A stretch of 33,275 nucleotides of DNA from contig DATBMP010000339.1 in NCBI GenBank assembly GCA_036554845.1, forward strand, positions 1 to 33,275. The letters are read 5' to 3'. Below are positions 25,727 to 33,275 of the stretch, piece by piece (position 1 is the first letter of the stretch; each line of letters starts with the position of its first letter). The position numbers and the translations under genes are program-made. Below the pieces are notes generated by a model. It worked only from the letters and a program-made list of their open reading frames with translations, made no database searches and was not told the origin of the DNA. Source of the DNA: Pyrinomonadaceae bacterium. Lineage in GTDB: Bacteria; Acidobacteriota; Blastocatellia; Pyrinomonadales; Pyrinomonadaceae.

Positions 25727-26530
25727 ATGAATCTTAAAAAACTCAACTGGCAAATCTGGGCCGGGTTTCTGCTCGCGTTGTTGGGATCGCTTAGTTACAT
25801 TTTTCTCTTCGTTAACTACCCCATCACACGCGACTTTCCATGGGCCAACCTGTTGCTCTTTGCGATCGCGCTGGTTTTTCTGGTCGTCGGTCTTCGCCGT
25901 GCCTTCGCTTCTGATCGGCCGCGCCCGCTCCTGTCCAGGATTGGCGGATCCGTACTGGCAACGTTAAGCCTCGCCATCATGGGGCTCTTTATCTTTAGCA
26001 TCCTTGTGATGGCCAGATGGTTGCCATCGTCCAGTGGCGCTCCACATGTCGGTCAGAAAGCCCCTGACTTTTCACTTCAGGATAGCAACGGCAACCAGGT
26101 AACACTTTCTTCACTTCTCGCCACACCAATCAATGGCAAAGCTCCCAAGGGCGTCCTGTTGATCTTCTATCGAGGTTACTGGTGACCGGCATGCCACTCC
26201 GAGTTACGGGGTGTGCAACAAAAGTTAGCTCAATTTCACGAAGCGGGTATTCATCCAGTAGCGATCAGTGTAGATCCGCCGGAAACGAATCGCGGGATGC
26301 TGGCGCAAGCAGGGTATACGTTCCTGTTTCTTTCTGATCCGAAAGCGGAAGCGATTCGAAGTTACGATCTGGTCCATGCCGGGCAAGGCGAGAATGGAGG
26401 CGATATTTCTCGGCCAGCAGAGTTCATTGTGGACACGAGCGGCACGGTGCGTTGGGTAAATTTGACTGAGAACTATTGGGTTCGAGCACGCCCTGAGCAG
26501 ATCCTTGAAGTGACAAACACGCTTCGTTGA
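25727..26530 (+). CDS. Membrane-anchored peroxiredoxin-like (AhpC/TSA, PRX_like2-type) protein with in-frame TGA at 26183-26185: candidate selenoprotein (UxxC); alternative is a nonsense pseudogene
   Basis: ORFs 25727..26185 and 26213..26530 are in the same frame, separated only by one TGA. The read-through product is ...GQKAPDFSLQD...VLLIFYRGYW-U-PACHSELRGVQQKL...ISVDPPE...FLSDP...PAEFIVDTSGTVRW. This places the TGA exactly at the first Cys of the W-C-P-x-C redox motif. Three N-terminal TM helices are present. Confidence 0.6.
26189..26216 (+). promoter_or_regulatory. Candidate bacterial SECIS-like hairpin immediately downstream of the in-frame UGA
   Basis: GCA (26189-91) pairs with UGC (26214-16), with a 3-nt bulge. 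The 7-bp stem is CACUCCG (26195-26201) with CGGGGUG (26207-26213). The apical loop AGUUA contains GU. The loop starts 16 nt after the UGA. Confidence 0.4.
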
Positions 26531-26652
26531 TCTGAGAAGCGACTCATGACATTAGTCAGAGTTCCGCGAAATTAGCGTAGTTTGCGAATGGCTAAACCGG
26601 TGAGCTGTTTTATGATGAAGGCCTGACTGGCATAGGCAAAGGAGCTAATAAG

Positions 26653-27144
26653 ATGAAATGCATTCTCGCCACACTCATGCTTTTGATTACTGTCACCGCG
26701 CTGGCGCAGGTTCCCCCTTCCAATTACCAGCCGCTGCTGAGAGATCCCGTGCAGGAACCGACTCTTCTACCGTTCGCCGACTTTGAAGCGTTGGTTGAAG
26801 TTGAGAATCTGGAGTTTGAGGTGCGGGGACTCTTCACTCTCGGCTCGGCAACCGACGGCGTCAACTTCCTTAAAGAAGAGGTAACGTTTGCAGTCGGCGC
26901 ATTCTCCAGGACGATTCCCGCCGGATCCTTCAAGCCAGAAGAGCGAGGAAAACTGCGGTACGAAGAGGCCACGAAAGAGGGCACGCTCACAGTCAAGATT
27001 CGGCTCGCCGGTAATAATAAGTTCCTGATCAAGATTGAGGCCGAGGGGTTGAATGTTCCCAAGGATCTCAAAGCCAACGATGTAATGTTCAGGATAGGTA
27101 ACGATGGCGGCGGTCGGGCCCGTGAAGCCGTAAAAAAGGATTAA
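26653..27144 (+). CDS. Hypothetical secreted protein
   Basis: RBS AAAGGAG is present. The signal peptide is MKCILATLMLLITVTALAQ. The sequence has beta-rich character, and I recognise no family. Confidence 0.55.
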   Translation: MKCILATLMLLITVTALAQVPPSNYQPLLRDPVQEPTLLPFADFEALVEVENLEFEVRGLFTLGSATDGVNFLKEEVTFAVGAFSRTIPAGSFKPEERGKLRYEEATKEGTLTVKIRLAGNNKFLIKIEAEGLNVPKDLKANDVMFRIGNDGGGRAREAVKKD

Positions 27145-27210
27145 CCGGCCTGTTAGTGGCAGTGAGTCGATCTCCCTTTCGAACGAGCGCGGATTATTTA
27201 CCCAAATAGT

Positions 27211-27239
27211 TTGTCAATCCTCACCGGCTTGGCTAGCAT
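27211..27239 (+). promoter_or_regulatory. Candidate promoter placing the transcription start at or next to the ATG of the monooxygenase gene (leaderless mRNA)
   Basis: TTGTCA (27211-27216), a 17-nt spacer, then TAGCAT (27234-27239). The ATG at 27246 is 6 nt downstream of the -10 element. No Shine-Dalgarno sequence is present. Confidence 0.35.
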
Positions 27240-27245
27240 CCTTCC

Positions 27246-28844
27246 ATGTCCGCCATCGTGAAGACCGACGTGATCATTGTCGGAGCTGGTCCAACCGGAC
27301 TCGCCCTCGCTTGTCAGCTCGTCAGGCACCAAGTCGATTTCGTCATCCTCGATAAGAATTCCGGAGTTACACAATATTCCAAAGCCCTCGGTGTTCATGC
27401 CCGGACGCTCGAGATCTACGAACAGATTGGTTTGGCAGAGAGGGCAGTCGCACTGGGCACCGTTGCGGGCAAAGTTCGCATGCTCGAAGGCGGAGAGATT
27501 CTTGGCGAAGTGGATCTCTCGATGATGGGAAAGGGCCTGAGCGCGTACCCGTACCTTCTGGTTCTGGAACAAAGCAAGAATGAACAGTTGATGTTCGATT
27601 ATTTACAGGATGAAGGGAAGAGTGTGCTTTGGGAAACCGAGCTTCACAGCTTTTCACAAACTGAAGAGAAGGTAATAGCCCAGGTAAAAGACGCAAACGG
27701 CGAGTTTACGATCGAGGGTAAATTCCTGACTGGCTGTGATGGACCAAGAAGTCTGGTGAGAAACAGTCTCGGCCTTTCTTTTGAGGGCAGTACTTTCGCG
27801 CGGCTGTTCTATGTTGCCGACGTGCGTATTGATTGGAAGTTTAGTCACGACGCGCTGCATGTCTGTCTTGCTTCAAACGGCGCTGTCGCCTTCTTTCCCC
27901 TGCCGGGTGAAAAACGCTGGCGCATCGTCGGCGCATTCCCCGAAGGTTTAGAGAAAGAGGAACGCGAGATCCTTTATGAAGAGATCGAAGAGCGCATTAA
28001 AGAGGAAGCCTATCTGAACCTCGATATCACTCGTGTTGATTGGTTTTCGACCTACAAGGTCCACACGCGACACGTTGACAAATTTTCTTCAGGAAGATGT
28101 TTCGTGGCAGGCGACGCGGCTCACATTCACACGCCTGCGGGTGGGCAAGGCATGAACACCGGGATTCAGGATGCCTACAACCTCGCGTGGAAGCTGGCGC
28201 TCGTCCTCAAACACTCGGCTAACGAGAGACTACTGGAAACTTACAACGAAGAGCGACTGCCAAATGCGAAACGGCTCACCGCTACGACGGATCGGATGTT
28301 CAATCTCGCCGCCGGCAAGGATTGGTTTGTGGGATTGATTCGCACGACGATCTTCCCTCCGATGGCTAAATACATTCTTTCAATTGAAAGCGTGCGAAAG
28401 AGGTTTTTCATTTTGATTTCGCAGATTGGGATTAACTACCGTGCTAGCTTCTTGACCAGATCTCGAGTTGGTTCCGCCAAGGGCGATGAGTCGTTGAACG
28501 ACGATGAAGGAGATAAGCAGTTCTTAGTTAAGGCTGGCGAGCGCATGCCCTATTTCATTATTGACGGCAGGAGCATCTACGACCGACTACGCGAGCCGAA
28601 GTTTCATCGGCTTACTTTCATTGACGGTCAGAGTGAGATGAGCCAAACAGGATTGTCTGATGAGGCCAGCGTGAGCCCACTGATCGATCATCACATTGTT
28701 CCTCTGTATCCACATATCGCAGCGATCTTCGGCACCAAACGACCCTTCCAGCTGTTACTCAGACCCGACAACTATATTAGTTTTCTCTCGCACAACACTT
28801 CGCAGGATCTAGTCGCGAACTATCTGAGAGAACTGCTTACCTGA
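27246..28844 (+). CDS. FAD-dependent aromatic-ring monooxygenase (PHBH/phenol hydroxylase-like)
   Basis: The dinucleotide-binding motif is VIIVGAGPTGLALACQL. DGPRSLVR is present. The FAD/ribityl motif is GRCFVAGDAAHIHTPAGGQGMNTGIQDAYNLAWKL. A C-terminal extension of about 150 aa resembles that of phenol-hydroxylase-type enzymes. Confidence 0.85.
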   Translation: MSAIVKTDVIIVGAGPTGLALACQLVRHQVDFVILDKNSGVTQYSKALGVHARTLEIYEQIGLAERAVALGTVAGKVRMLEGGEILGEVDLSMMGKGLSAYPYLLVLEQSKNEQLMFDYLQDEGKSVLWETELHSFSQTEEKVIAQVKDANGEFTIEGKFLTGCDGPRSLVRNSLGLSFEGSTFARLFYVADVRIDWKFSHDALHVCLASNGAVAFFPLPGEKRWRIVGAFPEGLEKEEREILYEEIEERIKEEAYLNLDITRVDWFSTYKVHTRHVDKFSSGRCFVAGDAAHIHTPAGGQGMNTGIQDAYNLAWKLALVLKHSANERLLETYNEERLPNAKRLTATTDRMFNLAAGKDWFVGLIRTTIFPPMAKYILSIESVRKRFFILISQIGINYRASFLTRSRVGSAKGDESLNDDEGDKQFLVKAGERMPYFIIDGRSIYDRLREPKFHRLTFIDGQSEMSQTGLSDEASVSPLIDHHIVPLYPHIAAIFGTKRPFQLLLRPDNYISFLSHNTSQDLVANYLRELLT

Positions 28845-29050
28845 ACTAACCTCCCTGTAGATCGAAGTTCGCTAAAACACATCAAGGGCAAACAGAAAAT
28901 ACTCTTGGAACATTTTCTCAAAAGTTGTGGGATGGGCGATCTGTATTTGAATTCGATAGCCCTGGTGCCTTACCTTTCATGACTCGACCGTCAGACGACC
29001 CCTTTTTTATCCCCGACGCTTTCATGGCGATTCTAATCAGAGGTGACTTG

Positions 29051-29764
29051 ATGAAAGTTCCAGCTCGAATATTCAAGGGTTTGCTCCTGGTCCTACTGAT
29101 GATTGTGTCTTCTGTTCCTCTGCTGGGTCAGGAGGGCAGCAGAGACGAACCGAGACCGGACAAGGATGTAGTCAAAGAGGATGCAACGACAACCGGGACA
29201 AATAAGAGCGCCGAAGGTGGTGCACAAGATCCGGCACAGTCGAATAGCTCGCAAACTAAAATCAACGGTTATGTTTTTCCGACCGCCGAGGAACGTAAAA
29301 AGCGTTACCTCAGAAGTGTTGTTGGTCCATTCGCAATAGCAAGAGTCGGAGTCTCAGCGGGTCTGAATCAATTGAGCGACAGTCCGGAGGAATGGGGCCA
29401 GGGAGCTGAAGGTTATGGCAAGCGGTTCGCCTCGCAGTTTGGAAAGAACGTGATTCGACAGAGCGTGATTTATGGACTATCGGAGGCGATGAAACTTGAT
29501 ACCGGATTTCAGAAAAGCAAACGAAAGGGTTTTCTGCCGCGGCTGAGCGATGCCCTCGTGCAGACTGTAACGTCACGCACTCGCAGCGGAAAACGCGTGC
29601 TCTCGGCGCCCATTTTCGCCGGCACGTATGCAGGCGAAATCATCCGTTACGAGACTTGGTATCCGTCACGCTACAGTTACAAGGATGGACTACGGTCCGG
29701 CACATACTCATTCGCCAAGTCCGCAGGGTTAAACGTGGTGCGCGAGTTCGTGATCAACTGGTGA
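29051..29764 (+). CDS. Hypothetical secreted protein
   Basis: AGAGGTGA precedes ATG 29051. The signal-like N-terminus is MKVPARIFKGLLLVLLMIVSSVPLLGQ, followed by a low-complexity acidic/Thr-rich linker. The TTG 28925 start in the ORF track adds 42 residues that do not resemble a signal peptide. Confidence 0.5.
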   Translation: MKVPARIFKGLLLVLLMIVSSVPLLGQEGSRDEPRPDKDVVKEDATTTGTNKSAEGGAQDPAQSNSSQTKINGYVFPTAEERKKRYLRSVVGPFAIARVGVSAGLNQLSDSPEEWGQGAEGYGKRFASQFGKNVIRQSVIYGLSEAMKLDTGFQKSKRKGFLPRLSDALVQTVTSRTRSGKRVLSAPIFAGTYAGEIIRYETWYPSRYSYKDGLRSGTYSFAKSAGLNVVREFVINW

Positions 29765-30001
29765 TGATCTCTGTGGACGCCTTCCGCATCGAGCAGGTTA
29801 CGATCTTCTCAGGCTAGTAAGGGTGGGGTGACTCCAAAGCCTGGGGGCTCGATCGAGTGCTGGCACTCGCTCGAGCAGAGCCATCCGCCCACGTCAATCC
29901 CAACTTCCATCTGCGTAATCGGCGTATTCTGGGGATGACCCGCCTTTTGAAACTTTTGCCGGTGCTGGTTCGTCTAAAACTTTGCCTGGAGGCGAACGGC
30001 T

Positions 30002-30760
30002 ATGAAGGCGAACGTCATTTACGGTTTGATTGTGGGAGCATTGATCTTCATCCCACTCGAACGTCTTTTCGCGCTTCGGCGAGATCAAAAAATCTTCCGG
30101 CGCGGCTGGCGCACCGACATCATTCACTTTCTCTTTACTCGGACCATATCAGACCTTTGTACGTTTCTTTTTGTCGGCTTCTTGATCGTGCTGCTTCACT
30201 GGGCCGTTCGCCCGGAGTTTCAGGCGCTGGTTGCGTCGCAGAACAAGTTCTTACAATTCATCGAAGCAGTGCTGATCGCAAATTTTGGTGGTTATCTGGG
30301 CCACCGTCTTTCGCATGAGATCCCATTCCTCTGGCGATTTCATTCGGTCCATCACAGTATCAGCGAGATGGACTGGCTGGCCGCAGCACGGGTTCACCCT
30401 CTGGACCAGATCGTTACAAAAGCTCTGACCATCGTTCCGCTTTACATTCTTGGTTTCAGCAAGGCGACTTTCGGTGCTTATATCGGGCTTGCGGCTCTGC
30501 ACGCAGTCTTTATTCACGCGAATGTGCGCTTTAAGTTTGGACCACTGCGTTGGGTGATTGGGACCCCTGAGTATCATCATTGGCATCACAGCAACGACCC
30601 GAAAGCGCGCAACAAAAACTATGCTGGCGAGTTGCCGCTTCTGGACCTCATCTTTGGGACCATTCATTTGCCGAAAGGAAGGATGCCTGTCAGCTATGGA
30701 ACGAGCGACCCCGTTCCGTCCACTTACTTTGGGCAGATGCTGTATCCGTTTCGTAAATGA
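30002..30760 (+). CDS. Fatty acid hydroxylase / sterol desaturase family membrane protein
   Basis: Three histidine boxes are present: HRLSHE, HSVHH and HHWHH. Multiple hydrophobic helices are present. Length is 252 aa. Confidence 0.8.
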   Translation: MKANVIYGLIVGALIFIPLERLFALRRDQKIFRRGWRTDIIHFLFTRTISDLCTFLFVGFLIVLLHWAVRPEFQALVASQNKFLQFIEAVLIANFGGYLGHRLSHEIPFLWRFHSVHHSISEMDWLAAARVHPLDQIVTKALTIVPLYILGFSKATFGAYIGLAALHAVFIHANVRFKFGPLRWVIGTPEYHHWHHSNDPKARNKNYAGELPLLDLIFGTIHLPKGRMPVSYGTSDPVPSTYFGQMLYPFRK

Positions 30761-30838
30761 CTTGGAGTGGCTTGCCACCGCACTCCAAAGATGGTCACGC
30801 ACCTAGCGGCCAGGTTCCTCGATGTAATTCTCTCTTTC

Positions 30839-31675
30839 ATGGTTAGCAAAACTTCAATACCCGAGTGGATCACACCGATGGCTGCGACGCTGACGCAGGA
30901 GCGGTTCACTGGACCAGAGTGGATCTTTGAACGGAAATACGACGGAATTCGGTTGATTGCATTCAAACGCTCCGCAAACGATATCGAGTTGTTCTCACGC
31001 AATCGCAAACTTCAGGAACTTCCTTCCATCGCCGCCGCTATTGCCATGTTGCCAAACAAAGAACTGATCCTTGATGGAGAAGTGACGTGGCGCAGCGGCA
31101 AGGTCATCTATCACGTTTTCGACATCATGTGGCTCGATGGCTGTGATCTAACACCGCTCACTTGGGAAGAACGAAGCGAGAGTTTGCGTAAATTACGACT
31201 CAAGGCCCCGTTGGAGCTGGTGCAGCGCCTTGATGATTCGGCGCCCTGGGAGTGCGCACAAAGAGAAGGCTGGGAAGGTGTGATCGCGAAGCGACGTGAG
31301 TCACTCTACGAGCAAAGGCGCTCGCCTCATTGGTTGAAGATGAAATGCGAGTTGTCTGAGGACTTTGTTGTTGGCGGGTTCACGGATCCTCAAGGCAAGC
31401 GCGTGGGTCTCGGGGCTCTGTTGGTAGGTCATTACGAGAAGCAGGATTTTGTGTTTGCCGGAAAGATCGGTACTGGGTTTGATACGAAGATGTTACTGGA
31501 CCTGCGCGACCAGCTTAACAAACTCGAGATCGCAAAAGCGCCATTCACGAAAGCTGTCGGTCTGCCGAGAGTGCGCGCGCATTGGGTTCGTCCGAAGATT
31601 CGGGTACGCGTTGGATTTATTGAATGGACGTCTCACGGGAAGTTGCGGCACCCGCGTCTGCTCGAATTGTTGTAA
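30839..31675 (+). CDS. ATP-dependent DNA ligase, stand-alone ligase domain (LigD-ligase/LigC-like)
   Basis: Nucleotidyltransferase motifs are present: motif I ERKYDGIR, motif III ILDGEV, HVFDIMWLDG, motif IV EGVIAKR and motif V HWLKMK. An OB-fold tail follows. ATG 30839 is preferred over GTG 30767, which starts 6 nt after the upstream stop and adds a non-conserved N-terminus. Confidence 0.8.
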   Translation: MVSKTSIPEWITPMAATLTQERFTGPEWIFERKYDGIRLIAFKRSANDIELFSRNRKLQELPSIAAAIAMLPNKELILDGEVTWRSGKVIYHVFDIMWLDGCDLTPLTWEERSESLRKLRLKAPLELVQRLDDSAPWECAQREGWEGVIAKRRESLYEQRRSPHWLKMKCELSEDFVVGGFTDPQGKRVGLGALLVGHYEKQDFVFAGKIGTGFDTKMLLDLRDQLNKLEIAKAPFTKAVGLPRVRAHWVRPKIRVRVGFIEWTSHGKLRHPRLLELL

Positions 31676-31852
31676 GCGCGGCTGTCTGTGACACAAACAC
31701 GCCCAATCAAACTTATAATAGTCCGCCCTGAAAATAGCGCGTCGCAAAGCGAGACAACCAGTGGCCGTGGAGCGCCACACCTACAAAGGCAAACTAAATC
31801 GCCGCCCGAACGTCAAAGGTAGAAATGCTGCAAGGGGGAAGAGACGAAACCA

Positions 31853-32932
31853 ATGCCACGCATAGTTTTTCGCGGAGCAGCCTTAGTCGTTGCACTCATA
31901 ATCTACTCGTTGACATCGACGTCAGCGTTAAGCAGCTCAACTGGCCAAGCTCAAACGCCTCGACCGCCTTCTCAACCCGAATCCGGTCCGGGCGGTAAGC
32001 AATATGCGCACGGCGGTGTCATAAAGAATCGTTACGGTTCGGGTGGCGAAGAGTACTGGATTTTTGAACCCGACTCGCCAAAGCCCAAGTCTGCGCCTCT
32101 CATTGTCTTCATTCACGGTTGGGGTGGCATGAATCCGTTGTACTACGGCGCTTGGTTGGACCATCTGGTTAAGCGCGGAAACATTGTCGTCTATCCAAGA
32201 TATCAGGCCGGTCTTCTTACTCCAGTTAGAGAGTTCAGTCCGAACACGATCCGCGCAATCAAAGCCGCAGTCACTCGATTGGAATCTGAGCCCGGTCATG
32301 TAAAGCCAGTCTTGAAAAAGTTTGCTGTGGTGGGCCATTCGATGGGCGGACTGTTAGCGGCCAACGTTGCGGCTTTGTCGACCGAATCCGGTTTGCCGCA
32401 AGCGCGCGCGGTGATGTCTGTTGAACCTGGCATCACTGAGCACCCGGTAAACTTTCCGCTTGCTGATCTGAAGAAGATTTCAAGTGAGACTCTCCTGTTG
32501 GCGATTGCCGGTGATCAGGACACGCTGGTCGCTGACATAGATGCGAAAAGAATTTATCTGGAATCCACTCGAGTTCCGGCAGCCAACAAGGATTTCATCA
32601 CGCTTGTAACCGATGATCGGGGAGTGCCTGCTTTGCGTGGAAGTCACCGTGCTCCGACAGCTCCTGATCCAAGTTACGATAACGGTGAAGGCGCTCGGGG
32701 GGTGCCGAATCGGGGCGGTGGATCGTCGACTCCACAGCGTCGTGGCGAGATCCCGGCGATTGATGCCATGGACTTTTATGGGACGTGGAAACTGTTTGAT
32801 GGTCTGTGCGACGCCGCGTTTGATGGAAAGAATCGTGAGTTTGCTTTAGGCAACACACCGCAACAGCGCTTCATGGGAAAGTGGAGTGACGGCGTGGCGG
32901 TGAAGGAGTTGAAGGTGACTGATACGCCCTGA
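31853..32932 (+). CDS. Secreted alpha/beta hydrolase
   Basis: The signal-like N-terminus is followed by a Pro/Ser-rich linker. An oxyanion-region HGWGG is present. The nucleophile elbow is GHSMGG. Length is 359 aa. Confidence 0.7.
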   Translation: MPRIVFRGAALVVALIIYSLTSTSALSSSTGQAQTPRPPSQPESGPGGKQYAHGGVIKNRYGSGGEEYWIFEPDSPKPKSAPLIVFIHGWGGMNPLYYGAWLDHLVKRGNIVVYPRYQAGLLTPVREFSPNTIRAIKAAVTRLESEPGHVKPVLKKFAVVGHSMGGLLAANVAALSTESGLPQARAVMSVEPGITEHPVNFPLADLKKISSETLLLAIAGDQDTLVADIDAKRIYLESTRVPAANKDFITLVTDDRGVPALRGSHRAPTAPDPSYDNGEGARGVPNRGGGSSTPQRRGEIPAIDAMDFYGTWKLFDGLCDAAFDGKNREFALGNTPQQRFMGKWSDGVAVKELKVTDTP

Positions 32933-32956
32933 CCACTGACAACTGACCACTTCCTA
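32929..32956. repeat. Short heptamer array CTGACCA CTGACAA CTGACCA CTTCCTA overlapping the hydrolase stop codon
   Basis: The TGA stop (32930-32932) is the TGA inside the first CTGACCA unit. The unit family matches the ACTGACT array at 5824-5872. The array ends at the ATG of the next ORF. Confidence 0.65.
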
Positions 32957-33275
32957 TGTTTCCCAATCCACAAGACGCACTTCCACTCCCTGCGAAACCC
33001 AATCTCGAGCACTACAAGAAGCTGGCTAGTGAATTAGTTAAAGCCTGCAAGAGTGACGACAACGAGGCCATCGGCATCTGGGCGGAGAAATGGGTCACCA
33101 GTGTCGTCAAGCTCAGCGGGTTAGTGATCACAAAACATTTACCCGTGAGCGTTGACCGCTGGACCAATCAGGTAGAAGAGTTTGCACGAAGAGAGTTGGC
33201 GACAAGTTGCCGGATTGCCAACGCGCAATTTGTGATCGCGCGGTCACACGGCTTTTCCAGTTGGCCCAAGTTTGC
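32956..33275 (+). CDS. Hypothetical protein, N-terminal fragment; the ORF runs off the window end
   Basis: From ATG 32956 the frame is open to the end of the window. It translates as MFPNPQDALPLPAKPNLEHYKKLASELVKACKSDDNEAIGIWAEKW...AQFVIARSHGFSSWPKF. It is absent from the ORF track because no stop codon is reached. The LEHYKK...ARSHGFSSWPKF pattern resembles helical N-terminal modules I associate with some ankyrin-repeat proteins, at low certainty. Confidence 0.5.
   Translation, partial: MFPNPQDALPLPAKPNLEHYKKLASELVKACKSDDNEAIGIWAEKWVTSVVKLSGLVITKHLPVSVDRWTNQVEEFARRELATSCRIANAQFVIARSHGFSSWPKF

Noticed and set aside
25446-25730. ORFs 25446..25712 (minus strand) and 25494..25730 (plus strand), and an unlisted 40-codon ORF at 8471..8590, as small repeat proteins
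   Set aside because: These are simply translations of the heptamer arrays (for example ...PNSKFQIPNSKFQ...). They have no RBS, are open on both strands because of low complexity, and overlap the hairpin arms.
25727-26530. Treating 25727..26185 and 26213..26530 as two independent genes, or as a frameshifted pseudogene
   Set aside because: Both parts are in the same frame with a single intervening TGA, so there is no frameshift. The second ORF would start at a GVQ position in the middle of a conserved thioredoxin-fold domain with no RBS. Only two interpretations remain: Sec recoding, or a simple nonsense mutation. Both are stated in the feature call.
29854-29869. Sigma-54 promoter at TGGCAC (29861-29866), given the nearby sigma-54-dependent regulator
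   Set aside because: The -12 element TTGC is absent at the required spacing; the sequence is TGGCAC-TCGCT-CGAG. The site is instead part of a 16-nt palindrome, CGAGTGC-TG-GCACTCG, next to the CTCGATCGAG palindrome. It could be an operator upstream of the desaturase-family gene, but I have no further support. No convincing GG-N10-GC promoter was found elsewhere in the intergenic regions I inspected.
31714-31719. Promoter upstream of the alpha/beta hydrolase based on a perfect TATAAT at 31714-31719
   Set aside because: No acceptable -35 element lies at 16-18 nt spacing; the best candidate, ACACAA, is poor. A lone hexamer match in 33 kb is not sufficient evidence.

Overview
The window looks like chromosomal DNA from an Acidobacteriota-type genome. 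The assignment rests on four tandem ADOP-type (acidobacterial duplicated orphan permease, MacB/FtsX-like) genes, each ending in the family C-terminus VDPL[VI]ALRYE. Gene order is as follows. (1) Four tandem ADOP permeases, the first truncated by the window edge, with a small NTF2/lumazine-binding-like gene between them. (2) A sigma-54-dependent response regulator and sensor kinase pair. (3) A META/HslJ-domain lipoprotein-like gene. (4) An aspartate-family amino-acid block: asd on the plus strand, converging on a minus-strand operon lysC-dapE(M20)-dapB-dapA-dapD-aminotransferase. That operon is preceded by a clear lysine (L-box) riboswitch with its own terminator. A plus-strand cluster proC-aspartokinase-thrC-thrB follows. 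(5) An accessory tail: a membrane-anchored peroxiredoxin-like gene, a secreted hypothetical, an FAD monooxygenase, another secreted hypothetical, a fatty-acid hydroxylase/sterol desaturase family protein, a stand-alone ATP-dependent DNA ligase, a secreted alpha/beta hydrolase, and an ORF running off the 3' end. Five things are not explained by ordinary annotation. (a) The peroxiredoxin-like gene is interrupted by a single in-frame TGA exactly where the first Cys of the CxxC redox motif should be, and a hairpin follows it. This makes it a candidate selenoprotein (UxxC) rather than two ORFs. (b) Heptanucleotide tandem-repeat arrays sit at gene boundaries at six main loci, plus a two-unit trace upstream of the second ADOP gene. 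Several are organised as inverted arms that can form very long or alternative hairpins. (c) One of these arrays is apparently translated as the N-terminus of thrB. (d) A 222-bp nested-hairpin insertion flanked by a perfect 13-bp direct repeat lies directly after the asd stop codon. (e) A 26-nt perfect repeat is shared between the lys operon 3' end and the lys/proC divergent intergenic region. No rRNA, tRNA, CRISPR array, transposase or recognisable defence gene was seen.
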